Below, piece by piece: positions 37,619-48,841 of a DNA stretch of 64,000 nt. The translations under genes and the position numbers were made by a program. The notes under the pieces were generated by a model that made no database searches, was not told where the DNA came from, and worked only from the letters and a program-made list of their open reading frames with translations. How positions within the stretch are numbered: position 1 is the first letter of the stretch; every line of letters begins with the position of its first letter. Where the stretch lies: assembly GCA_977017575.1 (NCBI GenBank), contig CDRNVI010000030.1:620001-684000 (forward strand), given 5' to 3'. This DNA comes from Paramoeba atlantica (taxonomy: Eukaryota; Protista; Discosea).

Positions 37619-37921
37619 AATTTTTCGTGCATTGAAACATAAAAAAAATATCTTCCAGGCCTCCCTCGAGGTTTGACGTTGTTATTCAATTTTTCGTTTT
37701 CCAGAAAACGAAAGACCGCACTTTTAGGTTTTTTGCTTTGTGCGCTGTTCCAGTAGCTCACAACACTTGCGACCTTTTGTGTCATACACAATTCACAAAT
37801 TGCTCTAACTTCAGCCACAGTATATTTGTTAATTGCAGTGGTTATGTAACTACCGCTCTATCCTCGATTATTGAAATAAAAAGTGAACAAAAACAGTGAA
37901 AATATAGAGAGGAATAAAGTA

Positions 37922-38513
37922 CAGTGGTCGTCACCAATCTGAGAGTCACGAAAATGAGAATGACCCTCTGAAAAATGACAAATGATCGTGTCAACGTTCA
38001 ACTCAAAAAGCCCCTTGAAAATGAGAATGTATCGAAAGTGAAGAAGAAGACACGGAGGGCTCTGCAGCGCCAGCCGGAATCGGAATCTCAGCGTCTAGGC
38101 ATTATGGTTTAAAAAAAATTAGCATCAGAACTTTAATTAATTTGTAAGTGTAAAATGCCTTCTACTGCGGCTTCTCCCTCTGCAACTTCAGATTCTGAGT
38201 CACTCACTTAAATGAAGTCTTCAACGTCTATTGAATCCTGCAAGGAATTCGGTACTGTGGGAAATTTAGTTCCTTCGTCGGGCTGCGTGCGGAGCCATAC
38301 TTCTTGTTTCCTACCCAGTTGCCCAATTTTTCGTAATAGCCACCGCTCTCCCAGCATGACTTTATATTGATTTTTTTTCTACTTCTGTTCTATTTCTTGT
38401 CAACGTTCAACGGCAAAATCAACGCGAAAATGAGAATGGTCGCGAAAATGAGAGAGAATGAAGAATTCCTGTCAATGTTCAACTACGGATTCTGAGAATA
38501 GTGACGACCACTG
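37922..38513. mobile_element. Tc1/mariner-type MITE, TA TSD, inserted in a Repeat A end fragment (37833-37921)
   Basis: TA|CAGTGGTCGTCAC and GTGACGACCACTG|TA, with subterminal AAAATGAGAAT repeats. Confidence 0.8.
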
Positions 38514-38712
38514 TAATATAATAAACCCTGTTCCGGGTTATTGTGCCCCCCCTGCACAATAACTGGCTCTATACGTGACACAATACGTGGCTCTAGGAGA
38601 AATACGTGGCTCTATTCATGAAGCACATGCATATAAGCGTATAAGAAAGTATTTGTATCGATACCTGCGTGTATTCGTTTTGAATTAAAAAATATGGAAT
38701 GCTTTCGTATTT

Positions 38713-39592
38713 CTATTCTGAAAACTTATCCTTCTTACCTTTGCCTGGTTTCTTTGGGTCGTACGGAACATCACAAATGTGTTGTTTTAGAAAATTACGA
38801 CGCAACCTTATCGGCTCCACTACACCACACCCCCGACTACACCAACACATAGTGGATTCATCTATCTTTCGCAATGACTTAACAACGGAGTTATCTACAT
38901 CATATTGAGGGTCATCATATTGAGGATCTATACCAGATTGAAGGTCCGAAGCAGTGGTTGCAACCGATATAACCAAGATCTCCGGGAAACATTTCATCCT
39001 TGTGATGATCGAAAAGTGGAGTTTTGTGTGTCGTAGTGCTACTATAAATCTTGGAATCATATATGCTACCATTCACGGGTCCTCGAAAAAAGGAAGGAAC
39101 TCCCGCCAATGTCATCCAAAACTCAATTTTAAAACAATGCTCTTGATGTTTTCCAGAGTACGTTTCATCTCTTTGTACGTACTCCCCCCGCTTGCTATCC
39201 CAAACAGTGTTGGTCCTGCGTACAGTGTTGGTCCTGCGTACAGTGTTGGTCCTGCGGCAAGGAATCGTCGTGACATCCATGATACATATCACATCAGAAA
39301 GCCATGGAACACCGTGGCGAAACCGCAAATTCGGATTCATTAGTTTGGGGAAGGAAAGCAGTCTTGCAGTACGGGTGAAATCTTTACGTAGTGTACAAAT
39401 AGAGACTGGCGGGTGATCTGGGCTTGTCCAGATCCCTTGCAAGTCATGCAGCTGTTCCCACGTGCAATTCAAGGCGCACATACAGAGGGAAGATTTCGAA
39501 CGCCTCATGTCTGTTTCTCCTACATAGGCGCCGTGAACCTGCTGTAATTCAGAAAAGACTTGAGTAACCTGTTGATGTGTTATTCCGTACAT
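38713..39592 (-). pseudogene. DDE_Tnp_4 (PIF/Harbinger/ISL2EU-like) transposase remnant
   Basis: IMDVTTIP, YSGKHQEHCFK, GSIYDSKI, GDLGYIG. An 18-bp unit is triplicated (RRTNTV x3). Cys-rich C-terminus in another frame. Confidence 0.8.
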
Positions 39593-39905
39593 TAAAAGGT
39601 AAAAGAAAGATGTATGAACAGAGAAGTGTCAAGAAAAGATATTTTATCGAGGTTTTCAATCTCATACACGCTATTCCTCAGCATATAGGAGTACAAACCG
39701 GCTTTAGAACACCAAAAAACAACCCGCTGTTTCGCGCTGTTTCGCGGTGTTTCACAAATCTAACACGCCGCCCCTCATATATTTCCGCCCCCCGGGTTAA
39801 AAAATTCTACTGTATCAAGGTCGAATCACACAATGAAAATATGCTTACAACGATACCGCAGATTCTTTAGACAAAAAGGCGTGCAAGCTGGAAGGAAATG
39901 AACTA

Positions 39906-40214
39906 CCGTATACCCCCCCACCCAGTAAGATACCACACTAGTAAGAGAGATTTGGCCCTTTTTGGGATGACCCCCAGTAAGAGAGATTTGGCTCGGGAGC
40001 CCCACAGGGGGCGTATAGGGGATAGGGGGCGGGTGTCTGCATGTTGGGGGCCTCGGGGGTAAGCGTTTTAACACATTTTCACAAGAAAAAATGAAAAAAA
40101 TAGACAAAAAAGTTGGGAGAAAAGAGGTAACTGGCCAAAAAAGCATATCCCCCCAGTAAGAGAGATTTGGCCATTTCGACCCAAAACCTATTCTCTTACT
40201 GGGGGGGTATACGG
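39906..40214. mobile_element. MITE with CCGTATACCCCCCC TIRs and TA TSD (pogo/Tc2-like ends)
   Basis: TA at 39904-39905 and 40215-40216. Internal CAGTAAGAGAGATTTGG repeats. A related right end lies at ~62085-62149. Confidence 0.75.
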
Positions 40215-40542
40215 TAGCCATAAAGTACTACGGGGACATATTGCACGGCAATGGAAAGAGAAAATCAGAGCAAAATAATACCTCAAAATGTCTTAAAACT
40301 CAGCGAACTAGAAAAGGCACAAGCCAAAGAGCAGTACCTGTATCTACGGGACATTCTTTGTTGGAAAAGTCAATCGATTCACGTTCAACGAAACAACCCA
40401 AACGGAGCATTCGAATACAGTGCGTGGTGTTATTACGGGACGGATTACCGGTGAAACTTTAATTAAGAATAACATTAATTAAACCGGGGGACGGCACAAT
40501 ATTAAGTTGTTGCAACTCAATAATAACTTGCCAACTTAATAA

Positions 40543-42139
40543 TTTCTTTTTTAGTCTCTTCGTTAAACGCGGTGGTTGTTTTCAACTCAGAAGCCACTCA
40601 TGCTGCGCGCTTCGCGTTGAAAACTACCGACGCGTTTAACGAAGAGCCTAAAAAAGAAAATTTAGCCTGGAAAACGGAAAGATTATAGCCAAAAATAGCC
40701 GAATTTCGGGTAAAAATGGGGTCATTTTCGCGTATTTTTGCTCTCAGAGAACTAAATCCGACATTTGTGCGTGGGAAATCACTCGTAGGCATGAATGGAA
40801 GCCTACCGAAAGTATTGGGTAGAGAATGCGACTCCAACCATACCATTCTTTCGACACAAAAATGCCCCTTTAGGTCCGAAAAATACTTTTTCACCGTTTT
40901 TAGTCAAAAATGGGTCATTTTTGGCGCACCACGGTTCGAAGAATGGATACCTTGCGAAAACAACTGCGGAGAAAGCTAGTGTAGGTCCCAAACTCTCAAA
41001 ATACAACACCGGAAACGATTTTGGAAAAATATTTTTTTTGCCATTTTTTTCGGCAAGTTGAAATGTTTTTCAAATTTTTTTTTCCGAAAAAATCCGAACT
41101 TGGCGGACCCATCCTGCGGATACGCGTGGGGGTCACCCCCGGGTAGGGGGGTGGAAAATGCGCGCCAAGACCCCGGCTACCCTTTCTGCGGTTTTTTTTC
41201 GAAAACTAATTTTTTCGAAAAAATTTGCTCGACCATGATCCCCCCCTGGACCCCCCCCATGGACCCCCCATTTTTTTCAATTTTTTTCTTCAGTTTTGGT
41301 CCACCGGAGCCCCCTTTTATATTTTTTTCTTCTATTATATTACTGTGTTCCTCTTTATATTTTCACTGTTTTTGTTCACTTAGTTTTCAATAATCGAGGG
41401 TAGAGCAGTAGTTTTACAACCACCGCAATTTTCTTTTTTAGGCTCTTCGTTAAACGCGGTGGTTGTTTTCAACTTAGAAGTCACTCATGCTGCGCGCTTC
41501 GCGTTGAAAACTACCACCGCGTTTACAAAGATTATGGCCAAAATTAGCCGAGTTTCGGGTAATGGGGTGATTTTTGCGTATTTTTGCTCTCAGAGCACTA
41601 AATCCGATATTTGCGTGTGAGAAATCACTCGCAGGCGTGAATGAAAGCCGACTGAACGTATTGGGTAGAGAATGCGACTCCAACCACACCATTCCTTTGA
41701 CATAAGAAGGGGTATCTGGCGAAAACGACGGTGTAGAATAGGTCCCAAACTATAAAAATACAATAGGGAAAAAAATGTTGAAATTTTTTTTTTTTACCAT
41801 TTTTTTCATCAATTTGAGTTTTTTTTCAGCTTTTTCTTCCGAAAAAATCCGAACTAGGCGGACCCTTCCCGCGGATACGCGGGGGGGTCACCCCCGGGTA
41901 GGGGGGTGGAAAATGCGCGTCAAGACCCCGGCTACCCCTTCTGCGCTTTTGTTTCGAAAAATAATTTTTTCAAAAAAGTTTGCTCGACCATGACCCCCCC
42001 CATGGACCCCCATCCTAGACCCCCCATTTTTTTCAATTTGTTTTTTCAATTTTGGACCACCGGAGCCCCTTTTATATTTTTTTCTTCTATTATATTACTG
42101 TGTTCCTCTTTATATTTTCACTGTTTTTGTTCACTTTTT
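40543..42139 (-). repeat. Two Repeat A copies in direct head-to-tail tandem (40543-41428, 41429-42139)
   Basis: CAACCACCGCAA is followed immediately by TTTTCTTTTTTAGGCTCTTCG. Confidence 0.9.
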
Positions 42140-42409
42140 GGTCAAAAGGGACTTTGTTTCCCCCAAAAACGTTTAACTTCGTACTTCCCTTAATAAAATA
42201 TACCAAACAAGAAAATGTATGAGCTATATCTTGGTTCTGGTTCTGAGCCTGGACAATAATTTCAAATTCCTTAAACAGCGGATTACAAGAACTCCTTAAT
42301 TCACATCGTACGGTACAGGCTTCTATCATCACGTCATCCAAGGTTCCCAAAAATCCATTACAAAGAAAATCCATTTTTTCCAATTTTTCAGAGCTTTTTT
42401 TCTTTATAA

Positions 42410-42628
42410 ATGGTTTCTCATTCAATGAATTTGTGGGATACTCCCGTTAAATCTACACAAGGACAGTATGCCAACTCTCCCAAAAACAAAACACCCCCAA
42501 TCACTCATAAAATAGTGCGATGTACCCTCCCAGAGGGCCTTGAAATTGTCCGCCAATGTAAAAAGGAGCTTAGTGTTCATGAGTTGGCCAAAAATTTTGG
42601 CAGAGACAGAGAAACTATACGTGATATC
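42410..42628 (+). pseudogene. HTH fragment resembling a pogo/Tigger transposase N-terminus
   Basis: LEIVRQCKKELSVHELAKNFGRDRETIRDI, cut by the CATACCC end at 42629. Confidence 0.4.
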
Positions 42629-42747
42629 CATACCCTGGGCTTAGCTCCGAGTAATTTACTCGGCATGAATCAATGATGCTTAATTTACTAAACTACATAC
42701 CCATTTAACATACCCCCCCGGTATGTTATCAAGGTATAGGTATGTTA

Positions 42748-42779
42748 CGATAAAGATACAGTTTCTGTACCTTGTTGGT
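42748..42779 (+). ncRNA. 5'-truncated kinetoplastid-type spliced-leader exon with GT donor
   Basis: CGATAAAGATACAGTTTCTGTACCTTGTTG|GT. GATACAGTTTCTGTAC and the 7-nt spacing to TTG|GT match trypanosomatid SL RNAs as recalled (T. cruzi ...GATACAGTTTCTGTACTATATTG|GT). Confidence 0.7.
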
Positions 42780-43588
42780 ACATTTTGCTAGCCCTTCATT
42801 TCTTTTCCCGGAAACGGGCATACATTTTCCTTTTAAATGCCCGTTTCCGGCTGACGGCTAGCAGGGACTGTCCCTCTTTGCCGTGGAAGTAGGGGACGTA
42901 CTTCCGACTTTTCACCCCTCCCCGGCTCACTCCTTGAGTGAGTTTTCTTCCCTCCCCGGCTTTCTTCTTCTCGCGCCTGTCTCTTCCCGGGAGCTATGCG
43001 CCATGGTGGCCTCCCTTGAGGACCACTGGGCGTGACTCTGCCTCGCATTATCGCGAGGCAGCGGTCGGTTGCAGAGCGCCCCTCCGGCTGCGTAAAGAGG
43101 TGGTGAGTTGCCTGGACCACCTCTACCGACTGGGACCGAGTCGGTTGCAGTACGCCCCTCCGGCCGCGTAAAAAGAGGGCGAGTTGCCTGGACCTCCTCT
43201 ACCGACCGAGTCCGTGTCGAACCCCCTTTGGCGACATCCGTTGTGGGCGGATTATGTGCCGATGATATCGGCCGTCGCATTAAGGGGATTATCTCTGCGC
43301 CAAAGAGCGCATGATAAACAAACTCTAGTGAAGATATATAAAAAAGAAGAAAAATACTTTCACTGTTAGAACCTGTATCTAAAGATGTACCACGCGTAGT
43401 ACCAAATGCTAAAACGTATAAAAATACATCTAAAAACGCATAAAAGAAACATTTTGTTAAAAAGTACGTGATATTACGGTTGGATTTTTGAACCGTTGCA
43501 CAAAAAAGCCGTGGGACGAGGGGGGGTATGTTAAGTGTCGCAGGCCATAATAACATACCCCCCCGGTATGTTATCCAAGGTATAGGTA

Positions 43589-44734
43589 CTGTGCCCCCCC
43601 ACTTATTTGTCACCACTTTTTCAAAAAAAGGACAATTAAGTGGGGGAGGTCAATTTATTTGGTTAGATGAAACAAAAGTCCCAAACTTTTTTCATTATTT
43701 TAGGAATCTCCAATGCGTTCGGATAAAGTTGGCTTTACAGAAACGGTATCTTTATCGAATGAGTAGTTTTTCTACCTTTCCCGTACTAGTAAAGTTTATA
43801 GTAGTAGTAGTTTCTTTTGTCAAACCGCTATAAGGTATGGGGTTTGATAGAGCACCGACTCGTGGGGCAGGAGGCCATATTGTAACCCAAGCATCAAGGC
43901 GGCATGGGCGAGACGACCGGGATGGTGGTGGGAAATGACTGTTCGCAGTGAAGGAAGAAGGGAGTGGTGGTGGTGGGGAATGGTTGTTCGCAGGGAGGAT
44001 TCCAAAATTTTACAGGCGTACTGGAAAGAACCAAAACCATTCTGCGAAAGTCTGAAGGCCAATTTTGGGGAGTTGAATACGAATGGAAGAAGGACATTCT
44101 TTTTTGGCGAGTTCGTAGTGAAACGGTCTCATCGCGGGTGACACCAAAGTCTACTTATGATGACTTTACTGTTCGTACGGCAGTACGCTGGCTTGCCTTT
44201 GGGTACTCAGAATCGCACGCAAACCGCTGTATGAAGTTGATTATGCTATGGAACTCCTCTTCGAATGTACAAGTCAGGCGCATGTCCATAATTGGGATTC
44301 AAGATTATCTAGCGTACTTCTCTTGCAATGGAACACTGGAAAATCGGATATTTTCCGATTGGCCATAAACCGAACCTGGAACCAAGCCAGCAAACCGCGC
44401 ACAACAGGAGTAACTCTTTATACTTCCACAGACGCGTCACTCTTCCACTCTGTGGAAGAGGTGGACTAAGTTTCAAAGAAAAAAAAACGTAGCTAGGTAT
44501 AGCGTATTGTGATATGAAAAACTTGAAGTAGAAAGTATATACAAACAATACTACTTACTGACACCGGGTTCTGATACACTGTATGTATGAGGTTCGTAGG
44601 GAAAAATTGCCCCCCCCCCCCCCCCAAAAAAAAAAATTCCGGCGCCGCTTCGCGGCGCCTCCTGCCCAGTCTCGTCAAAAAGGACAATTACGTGGGGGGG
44701 GGGGGGACTACGACAAATAAGTGGGGGGGCACAG
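43589..44734. mobile_element. Non-autonomous DNA transposon, perfect 23-bp TIRs, TA TSD
   Basis: CTGTGCCCCCCCACTTATTTGTC and its reverse complement at 44712-44734. TA on both sides. No recognisable transposase. Confidence 0.8.
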
Positions 44735-45419
44735 TACGTTAAACGGGTATGTGGTGTACTTTTGAATTGATCATTAAGTCATAGGAACCCATGCAGACCG
44801 CCACTGTGAGCCAGTGACAAACGCTGCCAGCCACTGCGAGCCAAAAACGTCCTCTGAGAGCCTTTCTCCCTGAAGCAAAACCATCTGGTTACTCGAACAA
44901 TTAGTCCTTCATGTCTTGAAGGTACGCTTCAAGGTCGGCGGTTGAGTACGCGCTCCGAGAGCGGACGCTAAGAAGCAGATGGCCCCGGAGGTCAACCAAG
45001 TGAAACAGGACACGAGTCACGATGCACGAGGTCAATTCAATGCCACACACAGAGCGCGCAAAATATAGGAAGTTGTCCACCGTGCATGAAACGCGCCCCG
45101 CGATTTCATCCACTTTACTACTAAGCTCCGCATTGCTTATCTCCAATCGTTGCTCGGAGAAAACGTCGGGCCTCTTTGTAAAGACCCGGACTGTCGAAGC
45201 CATGATGACATCGAAGAGTTTGTCTTCGGCACTTGTCTCAGGCAAAAAAAAATCCAAATCATTCCGGATTGCTCCGGATGGTCACTGGCAAGCCAGACCC
45301 TTCACAGATAGATTTGGAAGTTTCGAGGCCGAAGTCCTCTACCTGTTTTCGTTAGTACAAGGCGGCACCAACGTGCTGTTGCCAACACGCTGCGTCGACG
45401 AACTGTACGTCAACACGGC

Positions 45420-45618
45420 TTACCCAAGAGGTGTAAGCCGGGTAAGGGAGCTGGTTCCCTGAGGGGAGGGTCCGGGACGGTCTTCCGAGTACTGGGCCTA
45501 GTCGGTTCTCATCTCAGTCTCTTAGAGTGAGGCCGCCAGGAATAATGCGATGATCGGGTTTGAACTCGCCGTCTGAGCACCATGTGCTTCAAACTTTGAA
45601 TTCTTGCCACTCCGCCAC
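45420..45618 (-). mobile_element. Second copy of the 1685-1883 tRNA-headed SINE-like element
   Basis: Collinear and highly similar over ~200 nt, including A/B boxes. Confidence 0.6.
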
Positions 45619-46000
45619 TTGTCTCAGGCCCAAGAACCAAAAAATACAAATCATTCCGGATTGCTCCGGACGGTCACTGGCAAGTCGGACCCTGCACAGA
45701 CAGATTTGGAAGTTCCGAGGCCGACGTCCTCTACCAGTTTCCGCTTGTCCAAGGGGGCGGAGGTGGCGGAGTGACAAGAATTCAAAAACAGGAGAAACGT
45801 GCTGAACACGCATGCCGATGCATGTAAGTGCATCTAAAAGGAAAAAGCAAAAAGCGGAAGGAACGGGATTAAGATTGGTAAGGAGTCAAGGGTTCGAATG
45901 AAGCTTTTTTAATGGACAAATTTTACTGTTTTTCTGAGTTTTTTTCCGTGCACGTTTCCTTATTTTTTAATCCACTTTTTCCCCATCATATTTTTTCTTA

Positions 46001-46997
46001 TTGCGGTGGTTGTATAACTACCGCCCTACCCTCGATTATTGAAAAAAAGTGAACAAAAACAGTGAAAATATAAAGTGAAACACAGTAATAAATATTTTAT
46101 AATAGAAGAAAAAATTGTAAAAGGGGGCTCCGGTGGTCTAAAATTGAAAAAAAAAATTGAAAAAAATGGGGGGTCTATGGGGGGGTCTAGGGGGGGGCAT
46201 ACCGCACGATTTTTTTTTTGAAAAAATTATTTTTCGAAAATAATCCGCAGAAGGGGTAGCCAGGGTCTTGGCGCGCATTTTCCACCCCCATACCCGGGGG
46301 TGACCCCCCTGCGTATCCGCAGGACGGATCCGTCAACTTCGGATTTTTTCGGAAAAAAAAAATTAAAAAAAATTTCAACTTGGCGAAAAAAATGGCAAAA
46401 AAATTATTTTTCCAAAATCTTTTCCGGTGTTGTATTTTGAGAGTTTGGGACCTATACTATTGAATAGGTAATATACTATTGTATTTACTATACTATTGTA
46501 TTTAATATAGGTAATATACTATTGTATTTTGATAATTTGGGACCTACACTAGCTTTCTCCGCAGTTGTTTTCGCAAGGTATCCCTTCTTCGAACCGTGGT
46601 GCGCCACTCAAAATGACCCATTTTTGACTAAAAAAGGTGAAAAAGTATTTTTCGGACCTAAAGGGGCATTTTTGTGTCGAAAGAATGGTATGGTTGGAGT
46701 TGCATTCTCTACCCAATACGTTCGGTAGGCTTCATTCATGCCTACTAGTGATTTCCCACGCGGAAATGTCGGATTTAGTGCTTTCAGAGCAAAAATACCC
46801 AAAAATCACCCGATTTTTACCCGAAATTCGACTATTTTTGGCTATAATCTTTCCGTTTTGGTCAATTTTCCAGGCCAAATTTTCTTTTTAAGGCTCTTCG
46901 TTAAACGCGGTGGTAGTTTTCAACGCGAAGAGCGCAGCATGAGTGACTTCTAAGTTGAAAACAACCACCGCGTTTAAAGCGAAGAGCCTAAAGAAAA
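46001..46997 (+). repeat. Repeat A, full copy with internal duplication and filler at ~46430-46545
   Basis: Both ends present. GTATTTTGA.A.TTTGGGACCTA is duplicated around AT-rich filler. Confidence 0.9.
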
Positions 46998-47719
46998 CGC
47001 ATACAAATTTTTGTAGCACGTCACGTCGATCGTAGTCATTTTTGTGGAACGGTACAAAAATCCAACCGTAGTATCACGTACCTTCTTAACAAAATGTTTC
47101 TTTTATGCGTTTTTAGATGTATTTTGATACGTTTTAGCATTTGCTACTACGCGCGGTACATCTTTAGATACAGGTTCTAACAGTGAAAGTGATTTTCTTC
47201 TCTTTCCTATTTCATTGCCAGTCTACTTAACATACCTATACCTTGATAAACATACCTATACTTTGATAACATACCGGGGGGTATGTTAAATGGGTATGTG
47301 GTTTAGTTGTGCTTAATGATGCTTAATTTACTCGGAGCTAAGTCCAGGGTATGAAAATATAGCTAGAAGCGTATACCGAATCGGAAATTGCACATAAAAA
47401 TAATAAACAAATGTAAACGTTTGCCAGTTTTTGTATTTCTTCCCACCGAAAATACAAACCGCGGTCTCGTTCGAAGTACCCGCAGCCCCTCAACTACCGC
47501 GTTTAACGAAGACCCCAAAAAAGAAAGTTAATTTCTATACGTCATTTTTGCGTGTCATACGCCGCCATATACTGCCGTTCGCTGTCAAACGCTGCCAGCC
47601 ACTGCGAGCCAAAACTGCATGGGATCCATTGCACCCAAAAAATAATTCCTTTCTTTTATCACCTCTTTTCCTTTTTTCTGCTTGTGAAACTTTGTTAGTT
47701 TGATTTCAGTTGAAAATCT

Positions 47720-48620
47720 ATGTCCGAGTGCGCTTGCAAAGACCTAAGCTGTATCCTTACTTGGCGCAATGATGGGCATATTCCATCAAATTTTATGAGG
47801 TTTCTGATTTCGCACAAGGTTTTGCACGAAGAAGTTTGCTCTGAGCATAGAGCGAGTGGAACCCCAGGAAAAACAAACCCTATGCTAAACATATGCTGGA
47901 AAAGGAAGGGCAACAATAAGTGTCGGAAGCGCCTTTCTCGTCTTTCACCGTATTTTTCTTCAAAGCATAAACGAGCCAAAGAAAAATTCTTGTTCTGGAT
48001 TAAGATCTGCCAAAAAGTCGATGCACAAGCATCTGCTTCGCAACTTTGCGTCAATAGGGACACAGTAACAGAGTGGAAGCGTGAAATGTTGCGCTGGGTG
48101 TGGAAGTCTTCAAAGGTACAGAATGAGACTGTCTTGTTTTCTCTATGTGCAGCGGACGAAATATTTTTCTTTAAGCGGAAGTATAAGGAAGGACTCGAAG
48201 TCAATCCTTTTGGATGCTCACAAGGTGGTTGCACTTCGACAATATGGTACCGCGTGGCGAAAAGGGACGCTGTAACACTGCAAAATTTAGTGAAAAAACA
48301 CACTGTGCAGAGTAAAAGAACAGTAGTGTACACCGATGGATGGCGTGCTTATAGAGGCCTGGGCGATACAGTGCGACATCGAACTGTGAACCATTCCAGA
48401 AGCGTAAAATACCGGTTTGTCACAGAGGAGGGGGTGCACACGAATCATGCAGAATCAGCTCACTCGTCGGTGAAGCGCTGAGTCCGAAGGCAAGGAAGGT
48501 TGTCTATGAATCCGAGAGAAGCAGAGAAATGCATTGCCTTATATACACTTTGGTTCAAAAGAACCACGTGGCAGAAACGTCTGCAATCATTATTTCTCTG
48601 TCTAAAATTTCGGTAATGCC
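47720..48620 (+). pseudogene. Merlin/ISXO2-like transposase, in-frame stop at 48479-48481
   Basis: AADEIFF, VYTDGWRAY, GVHTNHAES. The frame continues past the stop (VRRQGRL...). Confidence 0.8.
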
Positions 48621-48841
48621 TGCCGAATATAGAAGAAGAGGACAATGAAAGTGAAACAGAAGAGGAACAATGTGAGCAATTTATGGAAGAGGAGGAAGAA
48701 GCAGCAACGGAGGCAGAAGACACAGAAACATGGAACATGATCCAGAGTTTCATGAATCTGTGAAGGAATGTGTGAAGTGAGTGGGGTTTTAAGGAGTGTT
48801 GTTAAGTTAAAGAGTGTTGTTAAGTTAAGAAGTGTGAATTA

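Larger units (their letters stand above)
42629..47353. mobile_element. Region bounded by ~300 bp inverted repeats starting CATACCCTGG (left arm interrupted at 42748-43339)
   Basis: 42629-42747 plus 43340-43505 is the reverse complement of ~47030-47353. No matching TSD, so the arms may come from two elements. Confidence 0.6.

Noticed and set aside
5841-46953. Many 60-130 aa ORFs recurring in Repeat A copies (e.g. MKKYFSDLKGHF..., MENARQDPGYP...)
   Set aside because: Frames are not conserved between copies, homopolymer lengths vary freely and there are no domain motifs. They are by-products of a non-coding repeat.
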